Positions 12,640-24,418 of a DNA stretch of 64,000 nucleotides are shown piece after piece. A model generated the notes under the pieces. It was not told the DNA's origin. It saw nothing but the letters and a program-made list of their open reading frames with translations, and ran no database searches. The stretch is taken from NCBI GenBank assembly GCA_047967505.1, contig CM106538.1. One strand, 5' to 3'. The position numbers and the translations under genes are program-made. The stretch comes from Dipteris shenzhenensis (taxonomy: Eukaryota). Each line of letters opens with the position of its first letter. Position 1 is the first letter of the stretch.

Positions 12640-13536
12640 CGGACTAGGGGGAGGGGGGAAAAGAGGGGGGGGGGGACCAAGAGTTCCCCATGAGTATTAG
12701 CAGATGGAGTGATTATCAGGCCCGATATTTGAAACAGACACCTCTCTCACGCACTAAGGATTTCCATCAAGCCAATGCGGATCTTGTTCCATCAGCTAAG
12801 GATCGAGGTAGGGAGAGTGATAAGCACTAGAGCTGCGGATTTGTAGGTTATGCACATTAACAGAGCTAGAGACGGAGGAGCACTTCCTATGTACGTGCCC
12901 CGCCTACTATGAATCCACTGCCAAGACTAAGCCTACATTAACCTCTATTTGATGGAGATGTAGCGACACCGAGAGAACTTATTGTAGCAGATCAAATAGC
13001 AAGCAGGATGTGACCGTGCCACAGGAGACAGCATAACGACAAGTCGCCGACTTCTATGCCTTCAAGTCGGCCTCAAGGCATAGTGGGATAGAGAGGAGGA
13101 GATAGCCAACGTAAGAGCAGCATAGACCAACGGGTAGAGACGGCATGGAGCGGTGAATCAACCACGCACAACGCAAAGGCTAACCAGAGCACACATGATA
13201 GAGGTCCAATCCATCACAACTCTACTTAGAGGAGACCATCCACGTCGAGGTGCCACTCTTGATATGGGCCCACCGGATATAGAAATCAAGGAGAACCAAG
13301 ACGGCTCAACAAACGCAGATACGAGACATCTTCGTGTCTCACCGAAGAGCCACCATGGTGCCCGGATATGTATTTGGAACACTACCTTCGCATGTCTAAG
13401 CTTTGAGAATATTAGCTTAGCACTCAGCAAGAGCCTTAGTGAGCCCTTTGCTTCAGCCCATAGTGGCTTGTATGAGTTATTCTCTTGATTGTACTTTGTC
13501 TCATAGGCCCATAAGGCCTTCCAAAGACGGTAACAC

Positions 13537-13578
<42 letters not shown>
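12640..13578 (+). mobile_element. 5'-truncated RTEX-like LINE 3' end with (CT)n tail
   Basis: Homologous to 11580-12630 (SHQLRIE, ETEEHFLCTCP, RGDHPRRG). Tail at 13539-13578. Confidence 0.85.
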
Positions 13579-13579
<1 letters not shown>

Positions 13580-13583
<4 letters not shown>

Positions 13584-14640
13584 CTGTGTGCCAACTAAGG
13601 CGAGCAGAGCATGCCAAGCGAGGATCTTCGAATTGCTTGAAAGGCACAAAAAATCCCACATGGAACCAAGCACTACTTTCCCACCACACACTACACTCAC
13701 AACATGCACATGATCTAGCACTCAAGAGTAAGCACACATTTAGTGTATCAATTTTTTCTACTTTAAGCTCTTTGTCTTAGGAGTGGCATCCCAAAGTTCC
13801 CTTGACATAGGGTGTAAAGACATACAATCTATCTGTTTGCATCCCCACCTCCTTCACAATTCATAGACACACCTCATTGTTAGTTCACGTACAGATGGAA
13901 GTGTACATGGTTTGAAAGATGTCACTCTTGGTCACTCAGACTTACAGCCCCATATCATGATGCTCAGTATGGATGAGAATGTGAGACACATGTGGGTCCA
14001 TCTCGAGAGGCCCTCCATCAGAGATGCTTACATTGCACCATGTTACTTTCCTGCTGAGACTAGATATCTATTGTATATGTGGTAAATTGAGTGGTCAAAA
14101 TCATAATAATATGTTCATGTAGTGAGGTGAACGTGGCGGGATAAGATGGGATAAAGAAGCGTGTACGTGTTCTTCCCCTCGCATGATGGGTGAGCTATGA
14201 GGTAGGAAATACATGACACAAAAGCATGATGGCGGGATAAGATGGGATAAAGAAGCGTGTTCTTCCCCTCGCATGATGGGTGAGCTGTGAGGTAGGAAAT
14301 ACATGACACAAAAGCATGAGACCTTATGACATAATCCATATACTATGGCCACCCCATGGGAGCTTTACATGTATCACTCTAATATCCTCCATCTCTACGA
14401 TCTATTGTGAATGAACAGCTCGTGGGCTGTGCACACTGCAAATGTCCAACAAATTCTGCACATGTTCAACAAATTGAGGTTATCCTACCTAGCCCATTCA
14501 TAACTCTAATCACTCATAGCATAGTCTAGGCCAAGTCTACCACGATGCCAGTCTACCTCAAAGCAAACTATCTCATAGCGCCCAAAGCAAGAACATAGAG
14601 CAACCTACAAAACACAGATCTTGGACATGTTCTTGAGGCT
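13580..14640 (-). mobile_element. Decayed L1 ORF2 C-terminal fragment (zf-RVT-like)
   Basis: Minus-strand W-rich fragments SAWFHVGFFVPFK and KILAWHALL resemble the L1 zf-RVT region; heavily decayed. Confidence 0.4.
14134..14319. repeat. Tandem duplication (96 bp + 90 bp)
   Basis: TGGCGGGATAAGATGGG...CACAAAAGCATGA occurs twice; the second copy lacks 6 nt. Confidence 0.95.
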
Positions 14641-14769
14641 ATAGTGATCTTAACAGTTGATACACCCTCGGCATTGTCTTCCCACTGTGTGTTTTCTAGA
14701 GACCTCCAATTCCCCTACAGGGGGTGTATGAGTTTGACATTTTTCACTTTTTTAGTCTTTAGCTACACA

Positions 14770-15395
14770 ATCATGGCTTGGCACAAAGAGGGAATGAAGT
14801 GGATGGAATCAAGGAGTATAACAGCTGCTGATGTACCAGAAAACGCACATGAGATCAGGGAGATAGTGACGCAGAAAATGCTACAGAAACTATGGCGAAA
14901 CCCGGGGGGGAAATGCAGTTCTACAAACAGGAAATCGCCTCGAGGAAGCTACAGAATGCAGAATACCTCGGGGAAGACATATCAATATTATAAAGGCATA
15001 TTATCTACAAAATCAAAACTAGTTCACATGATCTCAAGGTGGAGAGGGGTAGGTGGCCAAGACCCAAGATCCCCAGAAAAGAAAGGACTTCAAAATATGC
15101 CCCACAGGGGAGGTAGAAAATGAGCAGCATGTACTCCTAAGATGCAGTACGGACATATCAAAGAAGGTCATGGGGTAAGCAGAGATAATCTGACAAATCT
15201 GCTAGAGCAGCCAGCTAAAAATCTAGGGAGCTACCAACAACATACTAAAACTAACACACAAGCTAGCCCAACAAGTACTCACTACGTAAGAAGTATGTAA
15301 TATTTCGTCATTGGATGTAAGGGATCACTATTAGTTGATAGTGATCAACAGTCCTGAAGGGTCTCACGAGGACTGTAATACAATCATATCATATT

Positions 15396-15436
<41 letters not shown>
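14770..15436 (+). mobile_element. 3' end of a second, divergent RTEX-like LINE family with (CT)n tail
   Basis: KIKTSSHDLKVERGRW..IPRKERT..VENEQHVLLRC (decayed CCHC region), a GTCCT..AGGAC hairpin, tail at 15402-15436. Confidence 0.7.
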
Positions 15437-15441
<5 letters not shown>

Positions 15442-15541
15442 AAAAGAAGGGAGACACTTGTATTGTGATTTTCATGGGTCCCATGGGTCGGTTTCTCGGC
15501 CCCCAGAGGACGGTAATACATTCTTCTTCTTCTTCTTCTCT
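15437..15541 (+). mobile_element. Approximately 100-bp LINE/SINE 3' terminus with (TTC)n tail
   Basis: Same stem-loop (15478-15511) plus GGTAATACA, then (TTC)6 at 15521-15538. Confidence 0.7.
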
Positions 15542-17849
15542 CCCCTTTTCTGGTGAAGATTTCTCGAGCAACGGTCCCCTTCATCCCTCACAGACACTCA
15601 GGTTTGGTATACGCACACTATATGACATTCTACATCAGTCCGACAGGATCGTGGGACCACGGATCACATTCTCACGCTCAAGTGTATCACTGAGGAGGCA
15701 AGGGCACGGAAGCAGAGGGTCTATTGCTGCTTTGTAGATTTCTGCAAAGCCTTTGATACAGTACCGAGAGCCCGCCTCATCAGACATCTGCAGGAGTGGG
15801 GTTATGACCAGGAGATTGTTTGGGTTGTCATGGCACTTTACTCATGTAGAGTTCGGACAGGAGCTGGATGGACTGAGGATATTATGAGTACTATTGGCGT
15901 CAAACAAGGGTGTCCTCTTTCACAGAAACTGTTTAGCCTCTCCATCAATGAGCTTGAGACATTTACGCAGACACTAGGGAGGGTTTGGATGCTCTCTCGC
16001 TAGCGCCTTGATTCAGATTTTATTGTATGAAAATGATGTGGTACTCCTATCTTCCTCTGCAGAGGGTCTCCAGAGATGCTTAGATGCACTACAGTCATTT
16101 TGTGATTCGCATACTTTGAAGGTCAATATTGGTAAGACCAAGGTCATGATCTTCAATACATCTCGGGCAGCCATGCATAAAGAGCAGTTCACCTTCGTAG
16201 GAATACCGGTTGAGATTGTCTCGTCTTACACATACTTAAGGGTTCTTTTTTTTCCCCCTATTTTTATGAGACCAGCGATGCAGGCCGTCTGAGTAGAGGA
16301 TATGCTTCGGTGGCCAAGCTAGAGAGGCAATGGTTCCACTCACACTACCAGGACCTAGGCCTCCTGTTTGACTCCTTCGTCCTACCAACAAGGATGTATG
16401 GCAGCCCTTGTTGGGGGACGGATCTCTCAGATGCAGAGTGGGCTCGTGTGGAGCGCCTCTAGGTTATTATGCTATCATGGATGATTCGTAGTAAGCCGTC
16501 GGTTCCTCACCAGATCATCCAGGCTGAGTTTGGGTCATCTCACTGCACCTTGATGCAGCATTCCAAATCATCACTTATCTATACGAGGACTGCACTTCTA
16601 AACGTCACAAACTACCATGGCTACCATTATCGTCCTCTATGGCCCTAGCAGCTGCAAGTGATAAGAGATACTGGTATGCACACACAAGCAGGTGGTTCAA
16701 GCGACTAGGGCTCCACATGGATAGACTTCCTTCCTTCCAGTACAGCATTGACATGCCATTTCTCCCACTCAAGTATCACGAGGTCAACAAGGTCGTACGT
16801 GAGGATCTTCTACAGCTACACACATTTCGGACCTGGTTGGAACCGAGTGAGCTCTCAATGAAGCTCAGCTTATACAGAGATCATTGCCTACGCGTTTCAA
16901 AGAAGGGCTTTATTGACTCTCCAAGATATATGTGGATTCACCTACCCCATTCATTGAGGATCTCTATTGGGCAGTTCCGAGTCTCTTCACATAGAGTCCA
17001 CATTGATGGTGGAAGGGCAGAGATATTACCCAAGGAGAGGCGCATATGCACCTTGTGTCACCTACAGAGATCAAGTCAAAGGAGCATTTCATTTACCAAT
17101 GCCCAATGTACTATGAGGTTCGAGGGTGCTTTAATTGTCTCTTTAGAGATAGCTCCGGGCTGTTATCCCGCTTCCCCACTTTTTTGGACAAGAGATGCTT
17201 CGCCGAATTCCTCTCTTTTTTGGACCAGAGATGCTTGGCTGCCTTCATTCACGAGGCAGTCAAGCACCGAGAGCGCCTACTTAGATCACAGTCTTAGAAA
17301 TGAAGAGGGAATGAATAACTCAATCCTCCACCCAAGATCTCTCCAACTCTCACACACTCAACTCAGATAGATGACCACAGATGCAACAGAAACATACTCA
17401 GAAATAACAGCAAGTATAGATGAAGAGAGAGAGTATATTCATCCACCGGATGGTAGGCAGAAAATGGCTCCAAGAGAGCAGTACAAAACACTGCAGGGTG
17501 CTGGAGAAAACTGAGGAACTCTCTCTCACAAACTGACCCAGATCTGAGTGCTGAACACTGCCTTGGAGAAGGCTTTCTGTAATGCACTGGATGCTGGGCT
17601 GAATGGAGAAGTGGGCCTTTTATAGGCACTGCCCAGGCCCCTTCAGATGACTGACCAGCAGGGTCGGTACCCTGTCTGGTGGCCGACCATATGGGCCCCA
17701 TTAAACTGACCAGGGTTGGCCCTGGTTGGGCCGACTTGGCCTGCCACAGGCCCCTATATAAGGGTGCCCTGGGCAGCCAGTCTGCGCTGCTGCAGGAGCC
17801 TCCATGTGAGGCCTAAAGCCCCCTTTTACCTGCTGTTGCAGGCTGCGAC

Positions 17850-20800
17850 TGTTATGCTCTAGCCGAGATAGCATGACCTCGGAAAGATCGGTGGGCATTT
17901 TCCCTTAGATGACCGACTTCATAAATATTTTATGTGCGTAAATAAAATGGTCAAGCGAAGTAACTGCCAAGGTCCTAGGTGAGGGTGTATTGGCATCGAC
18001 TAGGTGGTTCTGAGTGCTAAGGCCTAGGTGCACCTAAATGTGTAATAATGCCAAGGGGCAAATGTTTTAACTGTGCCCCAAGAGAGGGGTAAATGGTGTA
18101 CCAAGTTAAAGGTCTAAAATGATGACATGTGGCAGAGGGATCCATCTAGGGAGTTGTGGGCTTGTGGATAGGCATAAGGATTAAAAAAAAGTTACGTATC
18201 TTGTGTGAGCATGCGATCCATGAGATTGGCTGGGAGGAAATACTAATGCCAGCGCCTGTGAGCTAATCAGAATCAACGAAAACCAGAGAGATTAGAAATT
18301 GTTCGTTTCATTTGGTATCAGAGCAGGTGAGCGTTTAGGCTGGATGAAAGGAGCGCAGACGGAGGATTACTTCGTGGAGAGAGGTTTGACGAGGGGGAAA
18401 GCAGCGGGGTAGGCTGACGATGAGCTGTGATGGCATGGCGCACCTTCAACTATTTGATGGACAAGCCTCGCGTGCTGGTGGTTGATGCCAGAAGCTTAAG
18501 CTCTTACTCTGCTGGCCACATTCGGAACTTCACCTGTGTAAGGAAACGCAAGGCTGTGGTTTTGCAAAATGAGGAAACAGGTTTTGGAGCAAGTGCACCC
18601 TTTCGAACTTTGGTAAATCAGGCATAGCGATGGACGATGCACGGACAGCGATATAGCCCGTAAGCGAGGTGTTGGCGGTGTCAAGCATATCAGTGGCCTC
18701 ATCGACGAAGGAAGCGCTAATTTCCGCTCTTCAAGCAATCCCGATGCGAGAAGCCAGGTCCTCACGTCAAGAAGCCCGCTCTGCGATCTGTCACCACGTA
18801 CGTCTTTGCAAGCTTTGTAGATTGGAGGTCCTTCGACGCGATAAATGATCCCCTTTTTTTTGGTTCGTAAGGGATCGTCAACGTTGGGCTGCATTGAAAA
18901 ATTTGATAATCACTCGAGGCTGGCCGTTGCCTAGCTCGAAGCCCTACGCGTGAACAAGCCTACCAATCTATTCACCAAACCAGAGCCAGTTGATCCAATT
19001 AGTGTAACCAGACAGTTATCCATCCAGTTACTGTGGAGAAAAAAAAAGAGAAAAAAAAAAAGAGGTTTTTGGTCACCAGTTTCCACTTATCTGCTGTCAG
19101 TTAATTTCCTGTCAGAAAGACAGAGTTTTGCATAAATCTAGAGACTTGCAAAGGCTTGGGCAGAAGAAGGAAGTTCGGGACATCTGCACTACGTGGAACA
19201 TCCTGGGAGCATCTTTTTTTTCCCTTTTATACAAATTTTCAGCTTGCAGTCTATTTACTCCTGTACAGCAAAAGGGGAATTCGAAGTGTGATATACTTTT
19301 GGGATTTTGACGTACGGAAAGAAGTTGAACAAAAAAAAAAGTTTATTTTCCCTTTTGAAAGAATGGAGGCAGAGGGACAAGATTCCAAGGTAAATCCTAG
19401 CGAATCTAGGTGCAGTCTACACGACAAGTGTCCCATCACACAACACCTACTCTGGTGGGTAGGATTTCTGTACTAGAAGATGCTTTACAGCAGATCATGA
19501 ACCAGCAGCTTCAAGTGAACGTTGGTCAAAATGAAATTAGGGAGATGGTGCAAGCCTTGTCGGCTAGACCATCTAGAAATGAAAAGGGCAAAGCTCCAGC
19601 AGAGCCAGAGCCCAGTATACACTCATCAGAATGTGCGAAGGTCAAGGTACCTAATATTGCCAACTATAGACCGGAGAAGTACGCTGGTCGGATGACCGAG
19701 CGCAGTTCTGAGATGTGATCGAGGTTTGGTTACACAAGTGGGAAGAAGCCTTCACCGTTTGTGAAATCAGATCTGATCTAAAGAAAATCCGCGAGACCAC
19801 TCACCTGTTTATTGAGGCAACGGATAGATGGTGGATTAAGCAATAGAAAGATCAAGTTGCCCCTACCACCTGGGAAGGGTTTAAAGCTGAATTTAAGAAA
19901 CACTTTCTTCCACCCGACGAAGAGTCCCGAGCTTGGGATGCTTATAGAAACCTTCGCCAAAGGAATTTGTCGGTGGCAGAGTACACTGACAAATTCAGGG
20001 AATGTGTTAAGAAAACAACAGACCCTCTCCCTATGTCGGTTCAGTTAAAAGACTATATCTATGGACTGAACGACAAGATTAAAATGGAAGTTGGGGCTAA
20101 ATATGTGACTACATTAGATGAATCTATTGCAGTAGCCCTGAACTATGAAGATGCCACAGGCAGACCTAGTGGGTTTGTGCAGGCAGGGAATCAGCATGAG
20201 TATCCGAGAAAAGGGGGATTTCAGAGGAAATGGACTTCAAAGACAAGTGTCTCGCAGCCAAGTGGCCAAACCAAGCAGGTGAAGCCGGTTGAGGGACCAG
20301 CAAAGACAAGTACCACCGTTGGGGTGAAAAGGAAAGTAACTCCAATGGCAGCCCGGGCTTGGTCAAAGTCCTCGTTGACCCCTGAGCAAAAGGAGAAAGC
20401 TAGAAAAGAAGGATTGTGCTTCGACTGCCTTCAGCGACATCAGTGGAAAGATTGTCCACTAAATAAAGACCGTCGCATGGCCAACATGATAATATCTGAA
20501 TGCGACGCGGAAATGCAGGAGAGTCCCAATGCAGAACATATGCATATGCAATTGGCGGAACCTTCTCAGAGGTTAGTATCTGTGTTGTTAAGTGTGTCTG
20601 TTACTAAGTTAGTAAGCGGTGCACCTAATAACATCCTTTCAAAGCCCGCAGCAACGGGGTATACAATTTTCGATGAGCCCGAGTTGATTAAAATGAAAGG
20701 GCAAGTAGCCAATCATGATGTGATTGTGTTGATTGACTCAGCGTCAACGCACAATGTAATTAACTCGAAGCTTATTAAGAGGCTCAAGTTGAAAACTAGT

Positions 20801-23800
20801 CCGTCTGACTATGCTTATACGGTCAGGATGGCGGACGGAAGTGCAACTGAAGTATGGGACCAGAGGGTTACCCAATTGGAACTTCGAATTCAGGACTATG
20901 TTGAGAAGCTGGACTTTGAATTGACCAGGCTAGCTCACGCAGATATAGCCCTAGGCATGGCTTGGCATTTCTAAAAAAATCCAGCCATTGATTGGAAAAA
21001 GCATATTTACCAGTTCAAGATGAACGGGGTAGAATATGTTTTGCGAGGTGAAAAGGATTTACCTCGAGGACCATTGATTTCAGCCATGGAAATTCGGAAG
21101 ACTCCGAAAGAGTTTCTGTGTCTGTATATAGCATCAGTAGAGTCGATTGATGATGCGTCGACTAGCACTGAGGCTACCCAAGATGGGGAAATGGCCGAGT
21201 TGGCTAAAGAGATATCGGAGAAGTTCTCTGATTGTTTTAGGGATGAGTTACCTTATGGGTTACCTCCAGAGCGGAATGTTCAACATAAAATTGAGCTTAT
21301 CCCAGGGGCAGAACCTGTAAATAGACCTCCCTATAGATTAAGCTTTACAGAAGAAGCTGAGGTGCGAAGACAACTAGAAGAATACCTCAAGCTAGGGCAG
21401 ATTCAACCCAGTTTTTCACCTTTTGCTTCGCCAGTGATATTAAAGAGGAAGAAAGATGATACTTTTCGTCTCTGTATAGATTACAAAGCATTGAATAATA
21501 TCACTATTAAGCACAGGTATCCGATGGCTCGAATCGATGATTTGCCAGATGCATTACATGGGGCCATAATTTTCAGTAAGATAGATCTTAAGTGTGGCTA
21601 CCATCAGATCCGCATTAGAGCCGAGGATGTGCATAAAACCGCTTTTCGAAGCAGGTTTGGTCATTATGAGTTTTTGGTAATGCCCTTTGGACTTACCAAT
21701 GCTCAGTAATACTTTATTGACGATATTCTAGTATTCAATAAAAGTATTACTGAGCATCGTGAACACTTAAGAATAGTGTTCAGTATTTTGAGAAAAGCCA
21801 GTCTTTATGTAAATAAGAAGAAAACTATACTGTGTATGGTTAGACTTGAATACTTAGGATTCATAATTACTCCAGAGGGGGTAGAAATGGATCCAAAGAA
21901 AGTGGCTGCGATACTGACTTGGCCAATCCCTCAGAGTCTGACCGCTTTGCGATCATTCTTGGAATTTATCCAATTTTATCGAAGGCATATCAAAGGATAT
22001 TCCGAAATAGTATCGCCATTGACTGATCTGACCTCAGATAAAGTACCTTTTATATGGGGACAGAATCAACAAGAAAGTTTTAACACCATAAAACAAGCTG
22101 TGGTCATAGGACCAGTGTTAAAAATAGTTGATCCCCAGAAACCGTTGTTCTTGGAAACCGATGAGCAGTTCTCCTCCAAGAGGGAAGGCCAGTAGCCTTT
22201 GAAAGCAAGAAGCTTTCTCCCTCTCAAATGAATTGGCCAACTCATGACTTAGAGTTGTATGCTGTTATCCATGCTTTGAAAACATGGCGACATTATTTGT
22301 ATGGATCAGAGTTGTATGTGGATGTTGATCATGATACTCTGAAACATTTTTGTAAACAACCTGACTTGAGAGGCCGCCAAGCTAGGTGGGCAGAACTCAT
22401 GCAGGAGTCTAATTTGACGATTCGGTACCGAAGAGGGAAGGATAATAAGGTTGCTGATGCGTTGTCACGCATTATGCATAATATGAGTTTCACGGTGTTA
22501 GAGAGTGCTCTAATGGCCGAGATTAGAGAAACTCAAAAGATGGACGAGTTTGTATAAAGTCTATGGCCTAAGGCTCATGTGTTAAAACCCGGGGAAAACG
22601 AAAAGGATGACCTGGCATCCAGAAAAGGCCAAACTTATGCAAGATATGCCATAAGAGATGGTATGCTGAAAAGAAATGGCAAGGTAGTAGTACCTAATCA
22701 GAATGATCTCAGGCAGAGAGTCATTCGACAGTGCCATGATAGCCCGTGTGCAGGACATCCAGGAGTTGAGAAGACATATGATCTCGTGAAGCGAGATTTC
22801 TTTTGGCCAAAGATGAAAAAGCATATTCATGAATATGTGACACGTTGTTTTTCGTGTCAGGTAAGTAAGGCCGAGCGGGTGAAGCCACCCGGACTTTTAC
22901 AGCCCTTTGAGATACCACTAAGTAAGTGGGAGAGCATTTCCATGGACTTTATTGTAGGTCTGCCTACGACACAAGGTGGATATGATTCTATCCTTGTGGT
23001 GGTTGATCGTCTTACCAAGATGGCTCACTTCATTCCAACTAAAAAATCTGTTAGTGCCCCGCAAGTGGCGGATTTGTTTATTAGACATATATTTTGTCTG
23101 CATGGATTACCCAGATCCATAGTGTCAGACAGAGATGTCAAATTTACCGGTCATTTTTGGACTGCGGTATTTGAGACACTAAGGACTGAGTTGGGAATGA
23201 GTAGTGGGGATCATCTAGAAACGGATGGTCAAACAGAAAGAATCAACCAGATTTTAGAGGATATGCTTAGAGCATATGTGTCATTGAGGCAACATACATG
23301 GGACAAGTGGTTGCCATTGTTGGAGTTTGCCTACAATGATAGAAAACATTCCTCTACAGGGTTCAGTCCGTTTGAGCTGAACTATGGTTATAGACCAGCA
23401 AATCCAACTATAGTTGGAGTACCTCAAAAAGTGCCTAGTGCCGCGAACTTTGTGGTTCAGATGCGGGAGATGCTAGCACTTGCGAGAGCTAACATCCGCC
23501 AAGCTATGGATAGAGCTAAGGTGTATGCGGATGAGAACCGATCCACTAGAGAATTTAAGGAAGGAGAAAAAGTTTTTCTCAGAGTTCCTTCGCACTCTCA
23601 AGTCTTTGACTGCAGGAGAGTGTGCTAAGTTATCACGTCGATATTGTGGGCCATGATTAATTCTAAAAAGAATAGGCAAGGTAGCCTACAAATTAGAATT
23701 ATCACCGGGGTGTAAGGTGCACCCAGTGTTTCATGTTTCTCGTTTAAAGAAATTTTTGCATACTGGTGACTCACTAATCGAAGGTGTGGTTTTGTTTCAC

Positions 23801-24418
23801 GAGATAGAGGATAATGCAAGACGCAAACCGACAAGAATCCTGGACCGAGGAACAATGCAAGTGCGCAATCCGAAGATACCCACGGTGTTGGTTACATGGC
23901 ATGATTTACCTCTATCGGAAGCTACCTGGGAGTCCGTATACCAGTTACGGAGAGTGTTCCCAAATTTCATCATCGAGGACGCTGATGCTTGAAGAGGAAG
24001 AAATGTTATGCTCTAGCCGAGATAGCATGACCTCGGAAAGATCGGTGGGCATTTTCCCTTAGATGACCGACTTCTGTAATATTTTATGTGCGTAAATAAA
24101 ATGGTCAAGGGAAGTAACTGCCAAGGTCCTGGGTGAGGGTGTATTGGCATCGACTAGGTGGTTCTGAGTACTAAGGCCTAGGTGCACCTAAATGTGTAAT
24201 AATGCCAAGGGGCAAATGTTTTAATTGTGCCCCAAGAGAGGGGTAAATGGTGTACCAAGTTAAAGGTCTAAAATGATGACATGTGGCAGAGGGAACCATC
24301 TAGGGAGTTGTGGGCTTGTGGATAGGCATAAGGATTAAAAAAAGTTACGTATCTTGTGTGAGCATGCGATCCATGAGATTGGCTCGAAAACCAGAGAGAT
24401 TAGAAATTGTTCGTTTCA
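17850..24418 (+). mobile_element. Full-length degenerate chromovirus (Ty3/gypsy) nested in the C1 LTR
   Basis: LTRs 17850-18310 and 24004-24418 (the 3' copy lacks 45 bp). PBS-iMet 18313-18324, PPT before 24004, TSD GCGAC/GCAAC. Order gag, protease (LIDSASTHN), RT, RNase H, integrase (HHCC, SMDFI), chromodomain (VLVTWHDLPLSEATWE). Confidence 0.95.
18427..18627 (+). pseudogene. Rhodanese-like short ORF in the gypsy 5' leader (possible captured host fragment)
   Basis: VLVVDARSLSSYSAGHIRN matches the rhodanese/CH2 N-terminal motif (hhhDxR..xY..GHI). Confidence 0.5.

Noticed and set aside
13498-13538. Hairpin + ACA resembling an H/ACA snoRNA
   Set aside because: The hairpin is too short, there is no H box or second hairpin, and it is always attached to retroposon tails
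9092-15584. ORFs containing LSLSLS or RERERE runs
   Set aside because: Translations of (CT)n tails
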